DNA of 64,000 nucleotides from an uncultured bacterium (GTDB taxonomy: Bacteria > Patescibacteriota > Minisyncoccia > UBA6257 > 2-01-FULL-56-20): positions 454,715 through 518,714 of the forward strand of contig CAVYIK010000003.1 of NCBI GenBank assembly GCA_963768625.1, given 5' to 3'. A model generated the notes under the pieces. The model ran no database searches, was not told where the DNA came from, and was given only the letters and a program-made list of their open reading frames with translations. Position numbers and translations under genes: made by a program. This document shows positions 32,002 through 41,862 of this stretch, in pieces. How positions within the stretch are numbered: position 1 is the first letter of the stretch; every line of letters begins with the position of its first letter.

Positions 32002-35000
32002 ATGGAGGAAGAGAAAATACTGGCGTTCTGGGACTCGCATAAGACGTTCGAAAAAAGCTTGGAGAGGACGAAGGATGGCAAACCGTTCACGTTCTACGAC
32101 GGCCCGCCGTTCGCGACCGGTCTCCCGCATTACGGTCATATTCTCGCGTCTACGATCAAAGACGTAATACCGCGGTATCAGACGATGAAAGGACATTTTG
32201 TGCGCCGGCGCTGGGGTTGGGATTGCCACGGCTTGCCGATAGAAGAGATCGTTGAGCGGAAGCTCGGCATCTCGGGCAAAAAACAGATCGAGAAGATCGG
32301 CATCAAAAAGTTCAACGAGACCTGCCGGAGCATGGTCTTGGAGTATGCCGCGGAATGGAAAAAGATGGTTCGCCGCATCGCGCGCTGGGTGGAGTTTGAT
32401 GATTCCTATAAGACGATGGACGCGAGCTATATGGAATCCGTCTGGTGGGCGTTCAAAAAGATCTACGACAAGAAACTCGTATATGAAGGAAGAAAAGTGC
32501 TCCTCTATTGCCCTCGTTGCGAGACGCCCGTTTCCAACTTTGAGGTCGCGATGGATAACAGCTACAAAGACGTCACCGAGGAGTCAGTGACGGTGAAGTT
32601 CAAGATTGTCATTGAAGATCAAACAAAAGGACTCAATTTGCCACCGGATACATTCCTTTTGGCCTGGACAACTACCCCGTGGACGCTGCCTGGCAATGTT
32701 GCGCTTGCCGTGAACACCGATCTGGAGTACGGCGTTTATGAGCGCGGCGATGAAGCTTTCGTTCTCGCCGTGAGTAGGGCGGAAGCGTATGGCTTCCAAA
32801 ATCCGAGAGTCAGATTTCCCGGAAGCCAATTACGGGGAGTCGCATACGTGCCACTTTATAAAATTGCGGCAATGGAGAGCCAGAAATCCCACAAGGTCTA
32901 TGGCGCGGGCTTTGTGACGGCGGAGGATGGTACGGGCGTTGTCCATACTGCAGTGGTCTACGGCGAAGATGACTATAATCTTGGCATCCAGCAAGGCCTT
33001 CCCGTCGTGCCGATGCTTGATGAGAAGGGTATTTTCAACGACAAAGCACCAGAGTTCTTGCGCGGACAATACTTCAAAAAGGCGGATGCGCTCGTGATCG
33101 CGGACTTGGAAAAGCGCAGCATGCTCTTCAAGAAAGAGAAACATACGCACTCGTATCCGCACTGCTGGCGCTGCGGCAACGTGCTCTTTTATAACGCGAT
33201 ACCTGCGTGGTTTATCAATATCCAAAAGATAAAGCCGCAGCTTTTGAAGTCCAATAAAAAAGAGATCAATTGGTTCCCGGAGCACCTGAAGCACGGCCGC
33301 TACGAAAAGAGCGTGGAGGCGGCGCCGGATTGGAATATTTCGCGCAATCGCTATTGGGGGAACCCCATTCCGGTCTGGAAATGCGCTAGCTGTGATCATG
33401 AAGAAGTGGCGGGCAGCACGGAGGAGCTCGCCAAGCTCGCAGGCGGCGGGAAGAACCATTATTGGGTGATGCGGCATGGCCAGGCGGAAAGCAATATGTT
33501 CGACATTATCGATTCCGGGGAGAGAAAGTTCCTCCATCTCACGCCGACCGGCCGGAAGCAGGTCGAGACGTCTATCAAGAATTTCAAGGCGGAGCTCGCC
33601 CGGAAGCATAAAAAGATAGACCTCATCATTTCGTCAGACATCGTGCGTACCAAGGAGACCGAAGCGATCGATGAAAAAATATTGGGCGAGGAGAACGTGA
33701 TATTTGATAAGCGGTTGGAGGAGGTCCACTTGGGACCGACGCTCGTGGGTTACAAGGACAAGAAATATTTTGATCTTTTTCCCACCTACCGGATGCGTTT
33801 TGAGAAACGGCCTGAAGGAGGGGAATCATTGCGCGACCTCCGTGCACGCATGTGGGGATTCTTGGCCGATTGCGAAGATAAGTATGAGGGGAAGAATATT
33901 CTACTCGTCACCCATGACTATCCGTCCTGGATGCTCTTCCATACGGCCGAAGGATGGAGCGAAAGCCGCGCGATCGAAGAAAAAGAAAAGCGGGGAGACG
34001 ATTTCATTAATTTCGCCGAGGTGCGCGAGCTTGAGTTCGCAAAGCTACCCAGGAATGATGCGGGAGAGGTTGATCTCCACCGGCCGTACATTGATGAGGT
34101 CGTGTTCCCGTGCCCATCCTGCAAGGGCACAATGAAGCGGACGCCGGAGATCTTTGATTCCTGGATGGAAGCGGGTTCAATGCCTTTCGCGGAATATCAC
34201 TATCCCTTTGAGAACAAGAAGCTTTTTGAGAGCCGTTTTCCGGCGCAGTTCGTCGCCGAGTACATCGCGCAAACTCGGGCGTGGTTCTACGTGATGCACG
34301 TCATCTCGCTCATCCTCTTCGACAAGGCGCCCTTCGAGAACGTCGTCACGACCGGGACAATCCTCGCGGAGGACGGTTCCAAGATGAGCAAATCAAAAGG
34401 GAACTTCCCGGACCCGTGGATCGTGCTTGAAAAATACGGCGCCGACAGCTTGCGATTCTATCTAATGGACTCGGTTGTCATGCAAGCGGACAACCTGAAC
34501 TTTTCCGAGAAGGGCGTGGAGAGCGCCCACCGGAAGGTGTCGCTCCTGCTTTGGAACGTGTATCAATATTTTGCAACCTATCATGGCGAGTCCGCGCCGG
34601 GCACCGTCGCGTCGGCCTCGGAGAACATCCTTGACCAGTGGATTGGCGCGCGCACTGCGGAGCTCGTCCAGGAGGTGACCAAATGCCTGGATGCATATGA
34701 CACGGTGCACGCGACGCGGGCGATCCAAAATTATATTGATGATCTTTCCACGTGGTACCTCCGCCGCAGCCGCAAGCGGAAGGACGCCGCGTTCTTCGGG
34801 ACGCTGCACGGCGCGCTTCTTACGGCAAGCAAGGTGATCGCGCCGTTCACGCCGTTCCTCGCAGAGACGTTATATGGGCGGTTGAAGGGCGCCGGAGCCG
34901 AGGAATCTGTCCACTTGACAGCATGGCCCAGCGCCGAGGTTGCCATGTCCGTAGGCGAGCGGAAGAAACTTATGGAATTCATGACCGAGACGCGGCGACT

Positions 35001-35466
35001 CGCGAGTTTGGCGCTCGCAAAGCGCGCCGAGGCGGGCGTGAAAGTGCGGCAGCCGCTCGCGAAGCTCATCATCAAGGGCACGGCCTCGCGGTTGGCTAAG
35101 GAATTCGTTGATATCCTCGCAAGCGAAGTGAACGTGAAAGAAGTCGTGTTCGATCCGGCGTTGAAAGACGAGATGGAGATCGACACCGCAATATCGACGG
35201 AACTGCGCGACGAGGGATTGCTCCGCGAGGTCGCAAGGATGGCCCAGGGGTTGCGCCAGAAAGCGGGGCTTCAGCCGAAAGATAAAATAGTCCTCATGCT
35301 CGCGCTTCCCGCGGAGATAAAAGACGCCGTTTCAAAACACGAAACAGCGCTGCGCTCCGACGTCGGCGCGAAATTAGTGGAATATGGCAAATCCGAAAAA
35401 TTCACCGCCGAAGCGGCGGCGAAGATAGACGGGCAGGAGGTTTGGATCGCGATACGGAAGGTTTAG
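32002..35466 (+). CDS. ileS: Isoleucyl-tRNA synthetase (type 2-like) carrying an inserted histidine-phosphatase domain
   Basis: Intact 1154-aa ORF. Motifs PPFATGLPHYGHIL (HIGH), WTTTPWTLPGN (CP1 editing) and KMSKSKGN. Residues ~484-689 form a His_Phos_1-like domain (RHGQAESN...VRTKET...LLVTHDYP) between the Zn-knuckle region and DLHRPYID. Confidence 0.9.
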   Translation: MEEEKILAFWDSHKTFEKSLERTKDGKPFTFYDGPPFATGLPHYGHILASTIKDVIPRYQTMKGHFVRRRWGWDCHGLPIEEIVERKLGISGKKQIEKIGIKKFNETCRSMVLEYAAEWKKMVRRIARWVEFDDSYKTMDASYMESVWWAFKKIYDKKLVYEGRKVLLYCPRCETPVSNFEVAMDNSYKDVTEESVTVKFKIVIEDQTKGLNLPPDTFLLAWTTTPWTLPGNVALAVNTDLEYGVYERGDEAFVLAVSRAEAYGFQNPRVRFPGSQLRGVAYVPLYKIAAMESQKSHKVYGAGFVTAEDGTGVVHTAVVYGEDDYNLGIQQGLPVVPMLDEKGIFNDKAPEFLRGQYFKKADALVIADLEKRSMLFKKEKHTHSYPHCWRCGNVLFYNAIPAWFINIQKIKPQLLKSNKKEINWFPEHLKHGRYEKSVEAAPDWNISRNRYWGNPIPVWKCASCDHEEVAGSTEELAKLAGGGKNHYWVMRHGQAESNMFDIIDSGERKFLHLTPTGRKQVETSIKNFKAELARKHKKIDLIISSDIVRTKETEAIDEKILGEENVIFDKRLEEVHLGPTLVGYKDKKYFDLFPTYRMRFEKRPEGGESLRDLRARMWGFLADCEDKYEGKNILLVTHDYPSWMLFHTAEGWSESRAIEEKEKRGDDFINFAEVRELEFAKLPRNDAGEVDLHRPYIDEVVFPCPSCKGTMKRTPEIFDSWMEAGSMPFAEYHYPFENKKLFESRFPAQFVAEYIAQTRAWFYVMHVISLILFDKAPFENVVTTGTILAEDGSKMSKSKGNFPDPWIVLEKYGADSLRFYLMDSVVMQADNLNFSEKGVESAHRKVSLLLWNVYQYFATYHGESAPGTVASASENILDQWIGARTAELVQEVTKCLDAYDTVHATRAIQNYIDDLSTWYLRRSRKRKDAAFFGTLHGALLTASKVIAPFTPFLAETLYGRLKGAGAEESVHLTAWPSAEVAMSVGERKKLMEFMTETRRLASLALAKRAEAGVKVRQPLAKLIIKGTASRLAKEFVDILASEVNVKEVVFDPALKDEMEIDTAISTELRDEGLLREVARMAQGLRQKAGLQPKDKIVLMLALPAEIKDAVSKHETALRSDVGAKLVEYGKSEKFTAEAAAKIDGQEVWIAIRKV

Positions 35467-36449
35467 ATTACAAGGCCAACTTTCGCTTTCACTTCCGCCA
35501 TCTTTTTCTCGGCAACTTTCGCAGCGCGCGCCGAGCCGTCTTCCAATATTTTTTTGAGCCCGGCCGGTTTTGCAAGAAACGCCTTTTTCTCCGCGCGAAA
35601 CTCCGCGAAATGCTGTGCCACGAATTTCGCGAGATGTTCCTTTAGCGCCGAATAGTTCTGGCCGGAAAATTCCTTTGTGACTGCCTTTGGTTCCTTATGC
35701 GAAAGCGCGGCATAGATGTCCAAAAGGTTTGCGAGGCCGGGCCGCTTCTCCGGCTCATAGGCGATCTCCGAACCGGAATCGGTGACTGCGCGCGCGATCT
35801 TCGTTTTTATTTCTTCAGGCGAGTCATCCAGAAAGAGGCATCCTTCCGGCTGCGACTTGGACATTTTTTTCTCCGGACTTTTTAAACTCATTACGCGCGG
35901 CGTCTCCGTGAGCAACCCCTTCGGCTCAATGAAGGTCTTCCCAAAGCGGGCATTGAACTTCCGCGCGAGCGTGCGCGCGAGTTCAATATGCTGCAGTTGG
36001 TCCTCGCCGACGGGAACCGCCGCCGCGTCGTAGAGTAGGATGTCCGCCGCCATAAGAACCGGGTACATGAGAAGTCCTGTGTTTGCTTCCGTCTTTTTGA
36101 CCACCACTTTGTCTTTATATTGGGTCATGCGCCGCAGCTCGCCTTCGGAGGTGATCGTCGTGAGGAGCCACATAAGCTCCGAGTGCGCGGGGACCATGGA
36201 TTGCAGGAAGATGGTCGATTTCGCGGGATCAAGTCCGGCGGCGAGATATTCCGCTGCAAGCTCAAGTATCTGCACCCGCTTTTTCTGCGGTTCGAATTCT
36301 TCCGTGAGCGAGTGGAGGTCGGCAAGGAAAAAATAACAATCGTATTTGCCCGAATTCTGGAGGTCAACGAAATTCTTCAAACTGCCGAGATAGTTGCCGA
36401 GGTGCGCGTGGCCTTCCGGCTTTATTCCCGAAACAAGCACTGGTTTCAT
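35463..36449 (-). CDS. trpS: Tryptophanyl-tRNA synthetase
   Basis: Intact 328-aa ORF. SGIKPEGHAHLGNYLG (HIGH-type) and KMSKSQ motifs. Its 3' end overlaps the ileS stop by 4 nt (convergent). Confidence 0.9.
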   Translation of the reverse strand: MKPVLVSGIKPEGHAHLGNYLGSLKNFVDLQNSGKYDCYFFLADLHSLTEEFEPQKKRVQILELAAEYLAAGLDPAKSTIFLQSMVPAHSELMWLLTTITSEGELRRMTQYKDKVVVKKTEANTGLLMYPVLMAADILLYDAAAVPVGEDQLQHIELARTLARKFNARFGKTFIEPKGLLTETPRVMSLKSPEKKMSKSQPEGCLFLDDSPEEIKTKIARAVTDSGSEIAYEPEKRPGLANLLDIYAALSHKEPKAVTKEFSGQNYSALKEHLAKFVAQHFAEFRAEKKAFLAKPAGLKKILEDGSARAAKVAEKKMAEVKAKVGLVI

Positions 36450-36468
36450 GCTTTGATGATATCACGGA

Positions 36469-36494
36469 CAAAAAACTCCCGCATCTGCGGGAGT
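36469..36494 (-). terminator. Rho-independent terminator downstream of rnj
   Basis: 8-bp stem actcccgc/gcgggagt with loop atct, followed on the minus strand by TTTTTT. Confidence 0.6.
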
Positions 36495-36520
36495 TTCGGC
36501 GACTAGCGAGTGCCCGGCGG

Positions 36521-38460
36521 CTATATCTCGATGATGACCGGCAAGATCATCGGCCGGCGCTTGGTCTTCGTGTAAAGATACTGCCCGATCTGGTCGCGGA
36601 TGAGCGTCTTTAAATAGTCGGGTTCCATTTCGCGGTAGGAGGGGAGCCGCTGCATGAGCGCGCGGATGCGCTTGCGGATCTCGTCCAAAAGCTCCTGGCT
36701 CTCTTTGAGGTAGATGAAACCGCGCGAGATGATGTCGGGATTTTTGAGCAGCCGGCCCTTGTCGCGGTCGATCGTGAGGATGATGACGATCATGCCTTCC
36801 TGCGCGAGCGCGCGGCGGTCGCGGAGCACGACTTCTTCCACGTCGCCCACGCCCAGGCCGTCCACCATCACGTAGAATGCCGGGCACGGTTTCCTTGGTC
36901 ATCGTGAAATCGTCTTTCGTGAGTTCCGCCACCTGGCCGTTGTCCATCAAGATGACGTTCTCTTTGGGGATGCCGACTTCCCGCGCCGAAATGCCGTTCG
37001 CGGCGCGCATGAAGTAATAGCCGTGCACGGGCACGAGGAATTTCGGTTTGATGAGCTTCATGACGAGCTTCAGGTCTTCTTTCGGCGCATGGCCGGAGGA
37101 GTGGATGTCGACGAGCGCTGAGTGGTAGACGATCGCGCCCTGCCGCGCGAGATTGTCCTTCACCGACTGCACGCTCCGTTCGTTGCCCGGGATGATGGAG
37201 GACGAAAGCACCATCGTGTCGCCCGGCTTGATCTTCACGTGCCGGTGTTCGCCGTTGATGATCTTCATCAGGCTTGCGTTCGATTCGCCCTGCGCGCCGG
37301 TCGAGAGGATGAGCACCTTATCGTCCCTCACTTTGTTGGCTTCTTCAATGGGGATGATCGTGCCTTCCTTCGCCTTGATGAAGCCGAGCGATTGCGCGAT
37401 TTGGATGTTCGTCTTCATGGAGTAGCCGGTGAGCGCGACCTTGCGGCCGAGGCGTTCGCAGATCTTGATGATCTCCGCGATGCGGGTGAGGAGCGATGCG
37501 AACGTGGCGACGATGATGCGCCCTTCGGCCGCCTTGAAGATCTCCTCAAGGTTTCGTTCCACTGTTTTTTCCGAGAGCGAGTGGCCTGGCTTTTCGGCAT
37601 TCGTGCTGTCCACCATGAACGTGTGGACGCCCATTTTCCCGATCGCTTCGAACTCTTCAAGTCCTTGCGGCTCGTCCTTATCGTTATAGTCCACGCGGAA
37701 GTCGGCGAAGTGGACGATGTTGCCGATCGGGCGTTTTCATGAGAACGCCGGTCGTTTCGGGAATCGTGTGCGGCACGCCGAAGAAAAGCGCGCTGAAATA
37801 GTTCGAGATTTTTATCTCGTCGCCGTTTTTCACGATGATCACGTTCATCTTCGGCGAGTTCGGAAAGTCCTCCTGCCGCCGTTCGATGATCGCTTTCGTG
37901 ATGGAGGTGGCGTAGATCGGGGGATTGCCGAGCTTCTGGAGCAGATGTGGCAGGGCGCCGATGTGGTCGTAGTGGCCGTGCGTAAGAATGATCGCCTGGA
38001 CGTTCTGTTTTTTCTTCTCGAGATAGGCGATGTTCGGGATGATGTAGTCAATGCCCGGCGTTTCTTCTTCCGGGAATTGCAAGCCGACGTCGATCACGAC
38101 GATCTCGTTCTTGTATTCCAGAAACATGCAGTTCCGGCCGACCTCTTCAAGGCCGCCGAGCGGTACGAAGCGAAGGACGTCGTCGCGGCGTTCCCGCGTG
38201 TTCACGGCTGCCGCGTTCTCTCCCATCGGTTCGCCGTGCATCGGCTCGCGCGGTTTGATCGCGCTTTTCGGGGTGTGGACCGGATTTCCCGCGGAAGTGG
38301 GGCGCCCAGAACGGCCGCCGCGTCCTCCGCCTGGACGCGAAAATCGCTGCGGCGGGGTTCCTGAAGGCCGCGGCCCGGCGGGCGCAGCAGGCGCTGGCCT
38401 TGGACGGATCTCCGGCGGCCGTATCCTCGGCCGCTCTTTCTCTTCGATTTTTTTGATCAT
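36521..38460 (-). CDS. rnj: Ribonuclease J with Arg/Gly/Pro-rich N-terminal extension, two frameshifts
   Basis: Motifs LGGLEEVGRNCMFLEY, ILTHGHYDHIGALP, beta-CASP, HSSGHA and a C-terminal domain. Fragments 37684-38460, 36462-37694 and 36521-36871. The break near 37729-37731 is at a G3/C3 run. Confidence 0.85.
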
Positions 38461-38478
38461 TTCTTTCTCTTAGTTGGG

Positions 38479-38562
38479 TGGGCAGGGAGGGATTTGAACC
38501 CTCATGACCTTGCGGCCACAGCGACCTGAACGCTGCGTGTCTGCCAGTTCCACCACCTGCCC
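38479..38562 (-). tRNA. tRNA-Leu (anticodon CAG)
   Basis: Minus strand reads GGGCAGGTGGTGGAACTGGCAGACACGCAGCGTTCAGGTCGCTGTGGCCGCAAGGTCATGAGGGTTCAAATCCCTCCCTGCCCA. Long variable arm. Anticodon loop TTCAGGT. Confidence 0.9.
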
Positions 38563-38655
38563 GTCAGGAAACGGCGTTGCCGAAGGAGGGGTTCGTCATG
38601 GAAAATTCAGTCTAGCATGCCTCTTTTTGATCTGTCAAACGCCGCACGGTTTCCC

Positions 38656-40301
38656 CTATTTCAGTACCCGCGCGGTGTTCAGATACCAGCTTCCGACCTC
38701 CCTGAACCGGTCCGAAGGATCGGGCAGGAAATGCGGCATTTATCCCTTGCACGCTCTTATCGGTCACATAAAGGTAGTCCGGCGAGTAAAGGAAGATCGC
38801 CGGGGTGTCATTCACGATCGCGCTTTCCGCGTTTGCGAACTGCTGCGCGCGCGAAGCGTCGTTAAGGTTCCCGCGCGCCGCTTCAACGAGCGAATCCACT
38901 TTCTTGTTGCTATAGATGGCGAGGTTCAATCCCGGGGAGAACCGTTCAGAAGAATCCCAGAAGGCATACAGGTCGGAGCTTCGGCCCGAGGACATTCCCG
39001 AAGAGCAGCGATTCATAGTCGCGGTTCTTACGGCATCGCTCATAAGGTCCGTGGGCGATGCCGGCGAGATATTGACCCGTACGCCTATCGCCTGCCACGC
39101 GTTCTGGAGGTCCTGCGCGGTCTCCGTGAGGGAATCAATTTGAGGAACCGTGAGATTCACGGCGAGCGGCACGGAGGTGTTCTGTATGGTCTTTGCGCGG
39201 AAGCCGTCCGCGCCCGGCGTCCATCCGGCGGCAGTAAGGGTCTCCGAAGCGAGATCAAGCGAAGTGCTCACGACGGTCGGGACAAAATACGGCGCGCTGT
39301 CCGGGACGGGACCGTATTCGGGCTGCCCGTGGCCGCCGAGCACGTTCGCGACGAGCGCGTTGCGGTCGGTCGCGAGGGAGAGCGCCTCACGCACGGCGGG
39401 GTCCTGGAGCGGCAAGCTCTTGCTTTGGTTGAAGAAGACGGCGTAATAGCTTGAATCGCGCCACGAGAAAAGGTCGTAAGGCCGTTTGATGGAGGCGAGG
39501 TCCGCGGGCGCCGCGTTCCCCGTGCCGTTGATCTGCCCCGCGTTGAAGCTTTTTACAAGATCGCTGTCGTTCGCGAAGAATTGGAAATCAAAATTTTGGA
39601 TGAGGGGTTTTGTTCCGGAATAGTCGTCCCATGCCTCAAGATGGTAGGCCGAGATCGTTCCATCAGCTTGTTTTTCGTAGGAAACGAACGCGTAAGGGCC
39701 GCTACCGACCGGCTTCAGATTGTAGTCGGACAGGCGCCAGTTGCCGGGCGGCGCGTTTGCAAAGAGATGCTTAGGAAGGACGTAGAGATTTTTTAGATTG
39801 TCGGCAAAGAAAGCATAAGGATTCGCCAGGCTGAATTGAAGTTCGAGCTCGCTCACGCGGTTCACGGTAACGCCCTGCCATGCTTGGTTCTGCGGCGATC
39901 CGGCATCGGGGTCTTGGATGGACTGGACGGTGAAGATCACGTCGTCCGAAGTGAGCTTTGGTGCCGTCTTGGCAGTGGAGATTTTCTTTGAGGCGCACCG
40001 TCCACGTTTTTCCGTCAGGGGAGCTCTGGACGCTGTCCGCGATGTCGTAAAGGTTGCTGTAGATCATCTTCACGAGGGCCAGATCGGTTTCGCTCGCCGC
40101 GGTCACCGGGTTCACATACTCCGGCTGGCCGATCATCCCCTCCGTGTAGCTCCCGCCCGCGGCGGGAACGACCGTCGTCGCCTGCGCGACAAACAGGCTC
40201 ATGACGACGACGAAGCTTACGGCGGCGACAGTGGCAGCGGACAGAAATATTGCGCGTTCACTTTTCGTGAGGGCGGAAAATATTTTTTTGAACCGTTGCA
40301 T
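38656..40301 (-). CDS. ABC transporter substrate-binding protein, family 5 (peptide/nickel type), frameshifted
   Basis: N-terminal TM/signal segment, then GGSYTEGMIGQPEYVNP..., YNLKPVGSGPYAFVSYE and a C-terminal ...RFREVGSWYLNTARVLK* seen after a frame switch. At least 3 frame changes. Confidence 0.7.
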
Positions 40302-40355
40302 GGGAAATAGTTCTCAAAAAGAAAGCTTGGGTCCATGCCCGCCCGCGCAAGCACG

Positions 40356-40571
40356 CTAGGCGTGCGCAGTGAGCCGGTAAACGGCGATCCCGATGAAGAT
40401 GATGATCAAAACGATCGTGGCATAAAAAACGATCTTCTCCATGCCCCGCCGCGCCTGATAAAACCCGCCGCCGTCGCCGCCAAGAAGCCCCGACATGCCG
40501 GAGGACCGTTCCTGGAGCAGGATAAGGACGACGATTGCGACCGCGATGATGATTTGGATGATGCCGATCAT
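40356..40571 (-). CDS. secG: Preprotein translocase subunit SecG
   Basis: 71 aa with two TM helices and the LLQERSSGMSGLLGG motif. Confidence 0.8.
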   Translation of the reverse strand: MIGIIQIIIAVAIVVLILLQERSSGMSGLLGGDGGGFYQARRGMEKIVFYATIVLIIIFIGIAVYRLTAHA

Positions 40572-40940
40572 TTATATGGCGAGATGTATGACGAAGTTCA
40601 CGGCGCTTACGATGAGCGTCACGAGGACGAGCGCTGGGATTGTTTGAATACTAATACTTCCGCGAAGCATGTCAAGATGATCGGCGAGGACGGGGAGCAG
40701 ATAGATGATGATGACGTTCACGATGATCACGCCGAGGCCGAGCGTGAGGACGATGATGGGGCCGAGGATGAGCGTAAGGGCGGGCTTCAAGATGAAGTTG
40801 AGGAGGGCAAGGATGAGGGCAATGACCGCGAGTTGGAGCCAGTTCGCGTTTAAAACGAACCCCGGGACGTATTGGTTCGCAAGCCACAAGGCGAAGCCGT
40901 TGCCCGCGATCACGAAAGCGATCTTCAAAAGCCAATGCAT
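40572..40940 (-). CDS. Phage-holin-4_2/DUF360-family membrane protein
   Basis: 122 aa with four TM helices. VPGFVL...ALILALLNFILKPALTLILGPIIVLTLGLGVIIVN matches the DUF360 pattern. Confidence 0.55.
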   Translation of the reverse strand: MHWLLKIAFVIAGNGFALWLANQYVPGFVLNANWLQLAVIALILALLNFILKPALTLILGPIIVLTLGLGVIIVNVIIIYLLPVLADHLDMLRGSISIQTIPALVLVTLIVSAVNFVIHLAI

Positions 40941-41045
40941 GCCTTTATTTTAGCAGATTTGTCAGGCAATTGACGGACTATCTATTTTATGGTATATTGG
41001 CCAAGCATTTTGTTGCGGTTCATTGACATAAGAACGAGGTGAACA

Positions 41046-41849
41046 GTGCGAGAAACAGGCATCGATTTCTTGAAGACCTCCTCAAGCCTCCGGGATTTTT
41101 TCGCCGAGCATCTTGATGTTTTTCGGCCCCAGCGTCGCGAGACGATGAGGCGGAAAGCTGACGGGAGCATGGTGGGTCCGGGTGATATGAAAATGGACGA
41201 GGCGCTCCGCGAATTTCTTCGGGGACACTGGGAGATCCCAGTGGTAAGCGAAGAAAAAGAATGCGTTTGGCCTCCTCCTCACGACCATTTCTGGCTGGTC
41301 GATCCGTGGGATGGATCAAATAACGCGGCGCGAGGATTGTATCTTCTCACCGGTTCCATGGTATCTCTCTTCGTCAACGGCGAGCCGGTCTTCGGCGGTA
41401 TTTTTATCCCCGCCGAGGAACGGGAATGCGGAAACGGATTCTACTCTGCCGCTCACGGTTGCGGAGCATGGCAGTGGGAAGCAGATCGTGCCGCGAGGAT
41501 CCACGTCTCGAAGATCAATACGATAGAGGACGCAGGGCTTCTCCTTGAAGGGTCTTCCCGCAAGACAGCGGCCAACGATCGCGTTCGGAGACTGCAACAA
41601 GCGATAGCTTGGCGCAACGGTCTTACGTGCGCATGGACTTTCACGCGCTTGGCCTCTGGCTTTGACGAGGTCGCTGTATCTGCCCATAACAAACCAACCG
41701 ATGCGCTGCACGGCATCCTCTTCGTCCGCGAAGCGGGCGGCGAAGTGACCGATTTTGAAGGCAATCCGCCAACGCTGGAGAATTGCACCGATCTGGTTTA
41801 TTCCAACGGTGTGTTGCACCAAGCGGCACTCGACATACTACGCGCCTAA
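41046..41849 (+). CDS. Inositol monophosphatase/CysQ-family phosphatase
   Basis: VVSEEKE and WLVDPWDGSNNAARG (the metal-binding WxxDPxDG[ST] motif). GTG start. Confidence 0.65.
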   Translation: MRETGIDFLKTSSSLRDFFAEHLDVFRPQRRETMRRKADGSMVGPGDMKMDEALREFLRGHWEIPVVSEEKECVWPPPHDHFWLVDPWDGSNNAARGLYLLTGSMVSLFVNGEPVFGGIFIPAEERECGNGFYSAAHGCGAWQWEADRAARIHVSKINTIEDAGLLLEGSSRKTAANDRVRRLQQAIAWRNGLTCAWTFTRLASGFDEVAVSAHNKPTDALHGILFVREAGGEVTDFEGNPPTLENCTDLVYSNGVLHQAALDILRA

Positions 41850-41862
41850 GGAGGGCACGATT

